From an uncultured Acidobacteriota bacterium (GTDB lineage: Bacteria; Acidobacteriota; Thermoanaerobaculia; Multivoradales; UBA5704): a stretch of DNA of 64,000 nt. Location: assembly GCA_963770895.1 (NCBI GenBank), contig CAVYRF010000002.1, positions 5,696,001-5,760,000 on the forward strand. The letters are read 5' to 3'. Below are positions 29,989 through 40,758 of this stretch, piece by piece. Below the pieces are notes generated by a model. The model ran no database searches and had not been told where the DNA came from. It saw only the letters and a program-made list of their open reading frames with translations. Made by a program: the position numbers and the translations under genes. How positions within the stretch are numbered: position 1 is the stretch's first letter; each line of letters begins with the position of its first letter.

Positions 29989-30420
29989 ATGAAGATCGCC
30001 ATCGGCTCCGATCACGCCGGCTTCCAGTACAAGGAAGCGATCAAAGATTTCCTGCACGCCCAGGGTCACGAGGTACAGGACCTGGGGACCTATGCGGCCG
30101 AGCCCCCGGTCGACTACCCGCGCTACATCCGCCCGGTGGCCGAGGCGGTGGCGGCCGGCACGGCGGAGCGCGGGGTGGTGCTGGGCGGTTCGGGCAACGG
30201 CGAGGCGATCGTCGCCAACCGCGTGCGCGGCGTGCGGTGCGCGCTCTGCTGGAACGCCGACTCGGCACGGCTGGGGCGCCAGCATAACGACGCCAACGTG
30301 ATCTCGCTCGGCGAGCGCATGATGCCCGTCGAAGAAGCGCTGGAGCTGGTGCGGATCTGGCTCGAGACGCCGTTCGAAGGCGGTCGCCACGTGGCCCGCC
30401 TGGCGATGATCGACGCCTGA
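29989..30420 (+). CDS. rpiB: Ribose-5-phosphate isomerase B
   Basis: Motifs IGSDHAG, DYP, GGSGNG, HNDAN and FEGGRH. Confidence 0.95.
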   Translation: MKIAIGSDHAGFQYKEAIKDFLHAQGHEVQDLGTYAAEPPVDYPRYIRPVAEAVAAGTAERGVVLGGSGNGEAIVANRVRGVRCALCWNADSARLGRQHNDANVISLGERMMPVEEALELVRIWLETPFEGGRHVARLAMIDA

Positions 30421-31386
30421 GTGGCGCTGAGTGCCGCGATGCCGGACTCCCCCGCCGCTCGGCTCGCGGCGCTGGCGCACGACCTGGGCGAAGCACGTGT
30501 GCGGCGCGACGTTCCCCTGGCGCCCCTCACCACCTTCGGCATCGGCGGCCCCGCCGACCTGCTGGTCCAGGTCGAAAGCGCCGACGAGCTGGCCGCGGCG
30601 ATCGGCGCCGCTGCGCGTCGTGGGGTGCCGTACTTTCGCCTGGGCCTGGGCGCCAACATCCTGGTCGGCGACGGCGGCTTTCGCGGCCTGGTGATCCGCA
30701 ACCGCGCCCGCCACGCCGAGCTGGCCGGCTCGCTGCTGCGCGCGGAGAGCGGCGCCGTGGTGTACCCCGACCTGATCGAGCTGGCGATCGCGCGCGGCCT
30801 GTCCGGTCTGGAACACTATGCCGGCATCCCTTCGACGGTCGGCGGCGCGATCTGGCAGAACCTGCACTTCCTGTCGCCCGCACCGCGCCGCGAGCGCACC
30901 ATGTTCATCGCCGAGGTGACGCGCGAAGCGGAGCTGCTGGACGCGGCGGGAGGGCGCCGCACCGTGGGGGCGGCGGAGCTGGCCTTCGGCTACGACACCT
31001 CGATCCTGCATCACCGTCCGGACACGGTGCTGAGCGTGACCTTCGAGCTGACCCCCGCCGAGCCCGCGGCCCTGCGCCAGGTCGTCGCCGAAAACCTCGC
31101 CTGGCGCGCCGGGCGCCATCCGCCCCTGGCCACCGAGCCCAGCGCCGGCTCCATCTTCAAGAAGATCGCCGGCCTCGGCGCCGGGCGCCTGATCGAAGAG
31201 TGCGGCTTGAAGGGCGCCGCGCGCGGCGGCGCCGTGGTCACCCAGCGCCACGCCAATATCATCGTCAACCGCGGCGGCGCCACGGCCGCCGACGTCCGCG
31301 GCCTGATCGAGCACGTCCAGGAGGTCGTCGCGCTGCGCACCGGCCAGCACCTCGACCCCGAGATCCAGATGGTCGGCGAATTCTGA
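30421..31386 (+). CDS. murB: UDP-N-acetylmuramate dehydrogenase
   Basis: Motifs TTFGIGGPA, GANILV, GIPSTVGGA, SAGSIFK and HANIIVN. Confidence 0.92.
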   Translation: MALSAAMPDSPAARLAALAHDLGEARVRRDVPLAPLTTFGIGGPADLLVQVESADELAAAIGAAARRGVPYFRLGLGANILVGDGGFRGLVIRNRARHAELAGSLLRAESGAVVYPDLIELAIARGLSGLEHYAGIPSTVGGAIWQNLHFLSPAPRRERTMFIAEVTREAELLDAAGGRRTVGAAELAFGYDTSILHHRPDTVLSVTFELTPAEPAALRQVVAENLAWRAGRHPPLATEPSAGSIFKKIAGLGAGRLIEECGLKGAARGGAVVTQRHANIIVNRGGATAADVRGLIEHVQEVVALRTGQHLDPEIQMVGEF

Positions 31387-31446
31387 CCGCCGGCGCCGGC
31401 AGCGCCGCCGGGGCGGCCGGAGACGACCTGTCGGGCGGCGCGCTGG

Positions 31447-34053
31447 TCATTGGTGAAGCCGGAAGGTGAAAGGCAGCTCGGTCCACATCTTGCCGGGGAT
31501 GCCGTCGCGGGTGGCGGGATTGAATTGCGCCTGCATCGCGGCCTGGCGGGCGGCGACGTTGAAGCCCAGGCTGCCGGGGTCGTCGGTTTTCTTGACGATG
31601 GTCTGGATGACGTGGCCGGTTTCGTCGACCAACACCAGGATCAACACCTCGGCCTCCACCTGCCGCCGCCGCGCCCGGTCGGGATAGGTCGGCTCGGGCC
31701 GGCTGACCAGCCGCGGCGGCACGGCGCCCGGAGCGCCGGGCTCGATGAGGTCGCCGCGAGCCATCGGGCGGTGCGCCGCCGCGCCGTCCGTGGCGCCGGC
31801 CGCGCTGCCCGCACCGCCCATGCCGCCATGAACGCCGGCGTCCGGCGATGCCGCCGCTCGCGCCGCGGTCTCGGCGCCGGGGCCGGGCGCGGTCCCGGCG
31901 GCAGGATTTGCCGGCGGCGGCGGGGCACCGCCATCGGCGCCGCCGCTGCGCATCGGCGGCGCCGGACCCGCCAGACCCGCCAACCGTTCGAACGGCAGGC
32001 TGTTGGAGGCGCTGTCGGCGCCATCGCCGGCGGCCGTATTGGCGCCTCGCGGCGCGGACGCGCCGCCCGCCACCCGATCCGCACCGACCGGCTGCGCGGC
32101 GGCGGCCGGCGGGCGACTCGACCCTGCCTGCGGCGCCAGCACCGACGGCAGCAGCGCATGGCCGCCCTGCGGCAGGCTCTCCATCCGCGGCGCCGCCGCC
32201 GCGCCTGGCACCACCGGTGCCGGCCGCGCCGGGACCGGCGCCGCTGCGGTCGACGCCTGCCCCGCGGCAACCGGCCTGGCCCCGGCCGGCGCCGGTCCGC
32301 CGGGCGTCGTGCCCGGCTGCACCGGGGCTCCGCCCGCGCCGGGGCTGCCGGGCGGGCCGGACCTGGCCGCTGTGCCCGGCGGCTCCGCCGTGCCCGCGCC
32401 GCCGCCTGGCTGCGGCCCTGCGCCGACAGTGCCGGACGGGTCCGTCCCTCCCCCGCCGGGGCGGTCGGCGACCTGTCCCGCACCGCCAGCCGCGGATGCC
32501 GCCGGCACCGGCGCTGGTCCGCGCCGCCACAGCCGCCAACCCGAGCCGCCCATCGCCACGGCGAGGATGGCCGCCGCCGCGACGGCAGTCCCGATCACCG
32601 CCCGCCGGCCGCGCCGGCCGCCCCTCGCGGCCCCGGCGATGGCCGCGTCCACACGATCGTCGCCGGCTGCCCGACGGGACGCGGGCGATGCTGCCGCCGC
32701 TTCCGCAGCGCCTGGCTGCGCCAACGCCAGGTCTACCGCCGACCGGCCGCTCCTGGTGGGCCGATGGAACCCCGGCACAGCCGTCGCCACTGTCGGCGCC
32801 GGCTGCTCGGCATGCCCATCCGCCGGCGTCGCCGGCGCTGGCGCCGCGACCGCACCGGACACGGGCGCGCCGGCGCGCGATGCCGCCGGACCGACCGGCG
32901 CGGCTGGCGCGACCGGCCCGTTGCCTCCGGCGATCGCGGCGGACCCCGCCGCCTGCGCGGCCGCCACTGCGCCGCTGGTGGCGGCGGCGCCGGCGACCAG
33001 GAAGGCGCCCGAGCGCAGGGCTTCGATTTCGGGTTCGATGGCGGCGACGACGACGCCGAAGCTTGCGGGCCGCAGCGCCGGGTCCTTGGCCAGGCAGCGG
33101 CTGGCCAGGTCGGCGATGGCCGCGCCGCAGGTGGGGGCGAGGCTGGCCAGCGCCTGCGGCTCTTCGTTGAGCAGCCGGTAGGACACCTCGGAGAAGGTGC
33201 TGCCCTTGAAGGGGCGCTCGTAGGACATCAGCTCGTAGATCAGGACGCCGAAGGAAAAGATGTCGGTGCGCTGGTTCACTTCGTCGCCGCGCAGCTGCTC
33301 GGGGGCGAGGTAGCCCACGGTGCCCAGGGTGACCCCCTGGGTGGTGACGTCGGAGACTTCGTGCAGCAGCTTGGCGATGCCGAAGTCCATGATCTTGACA
33401 CCGCCGGCCGGCAGGCTGCGGATGTTGGCCGGCTTGATGTCGCGGTGCAGCACCCCCTGGGCGTGCGCGTACTCCAGGCCGCGCGCCACCTGCACCAGGA
33501 TGTCGAGCCGCTGCAAGGCGGTGAGCGGCTCGCGCCGGCCGATCTTGTGGTGGAGGTCTTCGCCCTCGAGGAATTCCTGTACCAGGTAGGGGATGCCGCG
33601 CTCGACGCCGAGGTCGTGGACGGTGGTGATGTTGGGGTGCTGCAGGGCGGCGGCGATCTGCCCTTCGCGAAAAAACCGCCGGCGCAGCTTCTCGTTGCTC
33701 GACGAGCAGGTCTTGACCGCGACGTAGCGTTGCAGCACCGGGTCGCGGCCCTTGTAGACGATGCCGAAACCGCCTTCGCCGATGCGCCCCAGGATCTCGT
33801 ACTTGCCGATCTTGCCGATCGCCTCCAGCTCATCCGGCTTTTCGGCCAGCAGCAGGTCCGAGCCGCGCCGGATGGCCTTCTCGATGAAGGTGCCCGCTTC
33901 GACGTCCGAGCGCAGCAGGCTCTCCACCTCCTGCCGCAGTGGGCCGTCGCCGCCGCACTCGCGGGCCAGGAACGCCTGCTGCTCGGCAGGCGCCAGGTCG
34001 GCGGCGGCCTCGAACAGCTCCTGCACCCGCGCCCAGCGCTCGCCCCCGATCAC
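31447..34053 (-). CDS. Membrane Ser/Thr protein kinase with C-terminal TonB_C domain
   Basis: Kinase motifs GEGGFG, VAVK, HRDIKPAN, DFG and YLAPE; one transmembrane helix; C-terminal PEPTYP..ARR..VEAEV...VDETG...FNPA..DG.P; GTG overlaps the ECF stop codon. Confidence 0.9.
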   Translation of the reverse strand: MIGGERWARVQELFEAAADLAPAEQQAFLARECGGDGPLRQEVESLLRSDVEAGTFIEKAIRRGSDLLLAEKPDELEAIGKIGKYEILGRIGEGGFGIVYKGRDPVLQRYVAVKTCSSSNEKLRRRFFREGQIAAALQHPNITTVHDLGVERGIPYLVQEFLEGEDLHHKIGRREPLTALQRLDILVQVARGLEYAHAQGVLHRDIKPANIRSLPAGGVKIMDFGIAKLLHEVSDVTTQGVTLGTVGYLAPEQLRGDEVNQRTDIFSFGVLIYELMSYERPFKGSTFSEVSYRLLNEEPQALASLAPTCGAAIADLASRCLAKDPALRPASFGVVVAAIEPEIEALRSGAFLVAGAAATSGAVAAAQAAGSAAIAGGNGPVAPAAPVGPAASRAGAPVSGAVAAPAPATPADGHAEQPAPTVATAVPGFHRPTRSGRSAVDLALAQPGAAEAAAASPASRRAAGDDRVDAAIAGAARGGRRGRRAVIGTAVAAAAILAVAMGGSGWRLWRRGPAPVPAASAAGGAGQVADRPGGGGTDPSGTVGAGPQPGGGAGTAEPPGTAARSGPPGSPGAGGAPVQPGTTPGGPAPAGARPVAAGQASTAAAPVPARPAPVVPGAAAAPRMESLPQGGHALLPSVLAPQAGSSRPPAAAAQPVGADRVAGGASAPRGANTAAGDGADSASNSLPFERLAGLAGPAPPMRSGGADGGAPPPPANPAAGTAPGPGAETAARAAASPDAGVHGGMGGAGSAAGATDGAAAHRPMARGDLIEPGAPGAVPPRLVSRPEPTYPDRARRRQVEAEVLILVLVDETGHVIQTIVKKTDDPGSLGFNVAARQAAMQAQFNPATRDGIPGKMWTELPFTFRLHQ

Positions 34054-34655
34054 GGCCGCGCCGGCTCCGCGGGCTGCGGCGCGGGCGCGCCGCGCGCGAT
34101 CTGACTGTGCAGCCAGGCGCGCGCCAGCCGCGTCTCCTTGACCACGGTGGGCACCGAGATGCCCAGGACCGCAGCGGTTTCGTCGAGGGTCAGGCCGCCG
34201 AAGAAGCGCAGCTCGACGATGCGGCTCTTGCGCGGGTCGAGCACCTCCAGGCTGCGCAGGGCGTCGTCCAGGGCGACCACGTCGGCACCGGTTTCCACGG
34301 CGGGGTCCTGGGTCTCTTCGAGCGACACCTTGACCACGCTGCCGCCGCGCTTTTCGGCGCCGCGGCTGCGCGCGTGGTCGACCAGCACGCGGCGCATCAT
34401 CTGCGCCGCCACCGCATAGAAGTGCACCCGGTCGTTCCAGTGCAGCTCGCTGCCGCCGGCCAGGCGCAGGTAGACCTCGTGGACCAGCGCGGTGGCTTCC
34501 AGCGTATGGCCGGCGCGCTCGGCGCGCAGATGCCGGCGGGCGATGCGCCGCAGCTCGCCGTAGATCAGCGGCAGGAGCTGCTCGCTCGCCTCCTGGTCGC
34601 CCTGCTGCCAGCGGTGCAGCAGCTGGGTGACCCCTTCCTGATTTCGTACGCGCAT
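34050..34655 (-). CDS. ECF sigma factor, kinase-associated (TIGR02999-like)
   Basis: Motifs VTQLL..W..GD, HTLEATALVHEVYLRL, MRRVLVDHAR..A.KRGG and ELRFFGGLT. Confidence 0.92.
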   Translation of the reverse strand: MRVRNQEGVTQLLHRWQQGDQEASEQLLPLIYGELRRIARRHLRAERAGHTLEATALVHEVYLRLAGGSELHWNDRVHFYAVAAQMMRRVLVDHARSRGAEKRGGSVVKVSLEETQDPAVETGADVVALDDALRSLEVLDPRKSRIVELRFFGGLTLDETAAVLGISVPTVVKETRLARAWLHSQIARGAPAPQPAEPARP

Positions 34656-34771
34656 GCGCTTCGGGCCTGCGGCGGCGACGGGCTGAGGTGCCGCGACGGT
34701 CGCCTTGCGGCGACGCAATACTACCCCCGGCCGGCACGCGCGCGCAGCGCGCGGATGGTTTCCAGCTATAG

Positions 34772-37700
34772 CTAGAAGCGCAGGCCCAGGGTCAGACGGT
34801 AGGTGCGCGGCGTCTGCAGGTCGAGGATCGAGGTCGCCTTGCCGAAGGTGTCGCCGTTGACGATCGGGTCCACGTACAGGATCTGCTTCTGGTCGGTGAC
34901 GTTGAACACTTCCGCCTTCACCTCGACCGCGAGGCCGCTTTGCATCAGCTGCACCTCGCCGCCCAGCGCCAGGTCGAGCTGCACCACGTCCCCCAGCCGT
35001 TGCGAACCGCGCGGCGTCAGGAACAGCAGGCCCAGCGTCTCCGCCTCCTCCATCTGGTATGGCAGACCGCTCTCGTAGAGAATCGACGAACCGAACGACA
35101 GGTTGACCCGCCGCCACAGCCAGCGGTAGATGTTGAGCACCTTGATCTGGTCGCGCCGGTCGTAGGGCGCCAGGCCGTAGCGGTTGGTGAGGTTGACGTC
35201 CGAGGTGCTGCTGAAGCTGCCGAAGTCGCTCGGGTCCTGGCCGGTGTCGTCGAACAGGTTGCCCTCGGTGCGGCTGCGGGTGTAGCTGCCCAGCAGCTGC
35301 CAGTGGTCCGCGTAGCGCTTCTGCACCAGCAGCTGCAGCGACTGCTGCTGGCGCCGGGCGTTGGGCAGGTTTTCCACTTGCGAGGTGGTGCCGATCAGGT
35401 TGCCCTTGCCGTCGAAGACCCCCTGCTCCACGTCGTCCCACAGGTCGTGCCAGCGCCGGTGGATGTAGTACAGGCTGACCCCCACGGTGCTGGTGACCTG
35501 GCGCTCGAAGCCCAGGGTGAGCTCGTCCAGCCACGAACGGTGCAGGTCGCTTTCGGGCGCTCCGGTGACGGTGCGCGTGAAGCCGACCGGCGTCCCCGCC
35601 ACCCAGCATGGCGAGGCCAGGTTGCCCGGGTCCTGGCCCGCGCACGCGGCGCTGGCCTGGTTCCAGACGTAGGGCGTGTAGCCCGACAGCGGCTGCTGGC
35701 TGCTGAACAGGTCCAGGTAGCTGTGCAGGAACGGCTCGTAGTACCGGCCGTAGGTGCTGGTCAGCAGCACCTTGCGGTCGCCGCTCGCGTCATAGGTGAC
35801 GGCGAGGCGAGGCGCCATGGTGTTGGAGTCGAGCAGCGGTCCCAGCTGGCTGTCGTTGGCCCGCACCGCCTCGAAGCGGCCGCCGATCGAGACCAGCCAG
35901 CGCTCGACGGCGATGGCGTCGCTCAGATAGAAGGCCAGGGTCTGCTCGTTGGTGACGGTCGTCGGGCGAGCCCAGAACTGGTCCAGCTGGTAGGGCTGAA
36001 AGGCGCCGGTTGCGGGATTGAACGCCGGACACGTCGCCGGGTCGCAGCCTGGCACCTGGTTCATGTCGACGAACAGCTGGCCCGCGACCGGCCTGCCGGT
36101 GGCCGGGTCGATGCCGGCCTGGCCGGGAAAGTTGAAGGAGCGCTGCGACGCGGTGCGCTGAAAATCGACTCCCGCCTTGAGCTCGTTGTCGGTGGGGCCC
36201 AGCTGGACGAAGCCGTCCAGAACCAGGTTGCCCTGCCGGCGCGGCCGCCGCTCGTAGCCCTGGTCGGTGATGCCGTTGTAGAGCACGGCGTCGCGCAGGG
36301 CACCCGGCGCCGCCGCGTCGGTGGGCAGCGACGAACCGTCGGTCACCACCAGGTGCGGCGCGCCGGCGTCGAGCCCGCGGCTGTTGAGCGGCTGACGGGT
36401 GAGGTCGCGGCTCTGATCCGCCAGGGTCATCTCCGCCGACATGTCCTGGCGCAGGGCGCTGTTCCACTGTAGCTTCTCGAAGCGGCCGTCCTGGGCCTGG
36501 TGCTCCAGGGAGTAGATATCGCCGGGAACCGGCGACACCAGCGTGCCCGCGAGCGGCGCCACCGTGCCGACCATCAGGTTCTCGGCGTCGCCGCGATCGA
36601 AGGGGTCGAAGGCCGCGAAGCTGGTCGAGTCGCTGGTGAACTGGCCGACCACGGTGTTGCTGGGGTCCACCTGCCAGGTCGCCTTGGCGGCCGAGCTTTC
36701 GATCTCGGAGCCGCGGTTCCACGTCGTGCCCTGCACGGTGGGACCCAGGAAGCTGCTCTGGCTGTCGTCGTAGGCGCCGAAAAACCACAGCCGGTCGCGC
36801 AGCAGCGGACCGCCCAGCGACAGCGCCAGCTCGGGATCGATCTTGTTCGGCGTGGCGTTGGCGGCGTCGATCTCGGGAGCGATCTGCGCCACCTCGCGCG
36901 ACGGAAAACCGTAGCGGCTGTTCCACCCCGGGTTGGTCGCCAGAAAGCGCGTGATCCCCTGAAACTCGTTGGTGGCCGACCGCGTCACGACGTTGACCAC
37001 GCCGCCCGAGGAGCGTCCATACTCGGCGGGCGCCGCGGCGGCGGTGACGCTCACTTCCTGAATGGCCTGATAGGCGAGGTTGAGCCCGAACAGGCCGGTC
37101 GCCGGATCCGTGGTGTCCACGCCGTCGATCAGGAACTGGTTGTCGGTGCGCAAGGCGCCGTTGACGTTGGGGTTGCCGTCCATGGTGGTGACGCTGACGC
37201 CCGGCAGGAGCAGCGCGACGGCCTGGTAGGCGCGCGGCAGCGGCAGCGCGTCGATGAAGTCGAAACCGATGCTGTTGCCGACGCGGGTGGCGAAGCGGTC
37301 GATGACCGATGGTTCGGCGACCACCTGGATCGACTCCTGGGAGGTGAGCTCGCCGGCCTCGCCGACCCCGCCGGCCCCGCCGGACGGCGACCCCGCCGCA
37401 GTGCCGGCCGCCGCCGGCGGCGCGGCCTTTTGCGCCGGTCCGATCAGGCGCAGGCGCACCTCGGCCGTCCTGCCGATCGAAAGGTGGACGCCATGCTGGT
37501 CGACGGCAAGGCCGAGCAGCTCGGCGTGCAGGTCGTAGGTGCCGACGCCCAGCGCCGGAAAGCGAAACCGCCCCTGGTCGTCCGCCACCTCTGTGCGCCG
37601 GATCTGCGGCCCGCTCACCGTCACCTGCACCGCGGCGACGCCGGCCCCCGCCGCGTCCACCACCTGGCCGGTGATCAGGCCGGTCTGCGAGCCGTCCGCG

Positions 37701-37801
37701 AACGCCGCCCGCGGCGCCAGGGCCAGCGCTGCCAGCAACAGCAGGGCGGCGCCGCCGGCTACCTGGCAGCGGCGACCAGAACGCGTTCGGGTTTTCGGCA
37801 C
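34772..37801 (-). CDS. TonB-dependent outer membrane receptor (Oar-like, N-terminal carboxypeptidase-regulatory-like domain)
   Basis: Signal peptide; motifs IDGVDTTDP and EYGRSSGGVVNVVTRS; C-terminal PRTYRLTLGLRF. Confidence 0.9.
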   Translation of the reverse strand: MPKTRTRSGRRCQVAGGAALLLLAALALAPRAAFADGSQTGLITGQVVDAAGAGVAAVQVTVSGPQIRRTEVADDQGRFRFPALGVGTYDLHAELLGLAVDQHGVHLSIGRTAEVRLRLIGPAQKAAPPAAAGTAAGSPSGGAGGVGEAGELTSQESIQVVAEPSVIDRFATRVGNSIGFDFIDALPLPRAYQAVALLLPGVSVTTMDGNPNVNGALRTDNQFLIDGVDTTDPATGLFGLNLAYQAIQEVSVTAAAAPAEYGRSSGGVVNVVTRSATNEFQGITRFLATNPGWNSRYGFPSREVAQIAPEIDAANATPNKIDPELALSLGGPLLRDRLWFFGAYDDSQSSFLGPTVQGTTWNRGSEIESSAAKATWQVDPSNTVVGQFTSDSTSFAAFDPFDRGDAENLMVGTVAPLAGTLVSPVPGDIYSLEHQAQDGRFEKLQWNSALRQDMSAEMTLADQSRDLTRQPLNSRGLDAGAPHLVVTDGSSLPTDAAAPGALRDAVLYNGITDQGYERRPRRQGNLVLDGFVQLGPTDNELKAGVDFQRTASQRSFNFPGQAGIDPATGRPVAGQLFVDMNQVPGCDPATCPAFNPATGAFQPYQLDQFWARPTTVTNEQTLAFYLSDAIAVERWLVSIGGRFEAVRANDSQLGPLLDSNTMAPRLAVTYDASGDRKVLLTSTYGRYYEPFLHSYLDLFSSQQPLSGYTPYVWNQASAACAGQDPGNLASPCWVAGTPVGFTRTVTGAPESDLHRSWLDELTLGFERQVTSTVGVSLYYIHRRWHDLWDDVEQGVFDGKGNLIGTTSQVENLPNARRQQQSLQLLVQKRYADHWQLLGSYTRSRTEGNLFDDTGQDPSDFGSFSSTSDVNLTNRYGLAPYDRRDQIKVLNIYRWLWRRVNLSFGSSILYESGLPYQMEEAETLGLLFLTPRGSQRLGDVVQLDLALGGEVQLMQSGLAVEVKAEVFNVTDQKQILYVDPIVNGDTFGKATSILDLQTPRTYRLTLGLRF

Positions 37802-37902
37802 CGGGGCATTTTATGCGAAGCCGCTTGCTGCCCCGACGAATACCCTCGATGCATGTTTTCGTGCCCGCTTTGCGTCTTGTATAATGAGGCCGGGGGCAAC
37901 GC

Positions 37903-38469
37903 ATGGATCTAACCAGCGGTAAAAAGTTGCTGACCAGGGCCGAATATCACGAGCTCGGCCGCCTGGGCATCCTCACGGAGGACGATCGGGTCGAGCTGAT
38001 CGAGGGCGAGGTGATCCGCATGGCCCCGATCGGCCTCCGTCATACGGGGTGCTGCCGATACCTGAACCATCTGCTGGGCCAGTACCTGGGCAGGCGGGCG
38101 CTCGTGGACGTGCAGAACCCGATCGTCTTGAGCGACATCACCGAGCCGCAACCCGACGTGACGCTGCTGCGCTGGCGCGACGATTTCTATCGGTCCGTGG
38201 AGCCCCAGGCCGCCGACGTCCTGGCGCTGGTCGAGCTGGTCGATACCACGCACGCCCACGACCGGCGCAAGGCGCGCCTGTACGGCGCCGCCGGCGTCGC
38301 CGAAGTCTGGCTGGTCGACCTGCGCAACAAGCTGGTGGAAATCAGGCGCCAGCCCACGCCCCAGGGCTATGCGCTGATCGAGCTGCACCACCCGGGCGAG
38401 CAGGTCGCCTTTGCAGCGTTCCCCGATCTGCCCATCGCGGTGTCCGACCTGTTGGACGTCCGCCCGTAG
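37903..38469 (+). CDS. Uma2 family endonuclease
   Basis: Motifs RVELIEGE..MAPIG..H, EPQPD and K..LY..AGV.EVWLVDL. Confidence 0.9.
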   Translation: MDLTSGKKLLTRAEYHELGRLGILTEDDRVELIEGEVIRMAPIGLRHTGCCRYLNHLLGQYLGRRALVDVQNPIVLSDITEPQPDVTLLRWRDDFYRSVEPQAADVLALVELVDTTHAHDRRKARLYGAAGVAEVWLVDLRNKLVEIRRQPTPQGYALIELHHPGEQVAFAAFPDLPIAVSDLLDVRP

Positions 38470-38589
38470 CCGCACGCCGTAGTCGCACACCGGCCTGGCG
38501 CCTCCGGCTCCCGTCGCCAGTGACCGCCGGTGGCCTGCACCGGCAACATGCGACGTGCCGGCGCCGGTGCCTGCCCCGGTCCTGCCCCC

Positions 38590-39160
38590 CTAGCCGGGCC
38601 GGCTGCCGGGCTTTTCGGGGCTGCCGCCGGCCTGGCACTGCGGGCAGTCGGCGGGGGCGAAGGACGGCAGGGGCAGCACCATCAGCGAGCGGAAGGGGAC
38701 GTCGAAGGGGTGCTGGCCGTCGGTGCGGTCGATGATGGCGCCGATGGCGACGACGCGGGCGCCGCGGCCGGTGGCCAGGGCGGCGGTTTCGAGGGTCGAC
38801 CGGCCGGTGGTCACGACGTCTTCGACGATGACCACGCGCTCGCCCTGGCGCAGACTGAAACCGCGCCGCAGCCCCAGCTCCTCGCTCTTGCGTTCGGCGA
38901 AGCGGAAGGGCACCCCCAGCGCCGCCGCCACCTCGTGGCCGATGATGATGCCGCCGAGCGCCGGCGACAGCACCGAATCGGGATGGAAGGAGCGCAGCTC
39001 TTCTGCCAGCTGCGCGCCGACGGCGCGCGAACGCACCGGGTCTTCCAGCAGCAGCGCGCACTGCACGTAGGAGGGCGAATGCCGCCCCGACGACAGCAGG
39101 AAGTGGCCGCGGCGCAGCGCGCCGCTCTCCTCCAGAAGGCGTGTCACCAGCGGCGTGCGG

Positions 39161-39171
<11 letters not shown>
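38590..39171 (-). CDS. pyrE: Orotate phosphoribosyltransferase
   Basis: Motifs GHFLLSSGRHS and VEDVVTTGRS. Confidence 0.93.
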
Positions 39172-40555
<1,384 letters not shown>

Positions 40556-40758
40556 GGGCGGAGTCTATCGTGGGAGCCGCCCAAGCGCGCGGGGCCGCGG
40601 CACATCCTGGCACTTCGCGCAGGAGCTTCCCAGGGCTATGGCGGAAAAGCAGGAGCGTGAGGGACCGGAACGGCTCGGGTGGGGCGCCGAAAACGGCCAG
40701 CCCCCTCTCTGCCGTAAAGCGCAGGGAGGGGGCTGGAGAAGGAGATCGGAAGGGTGGG

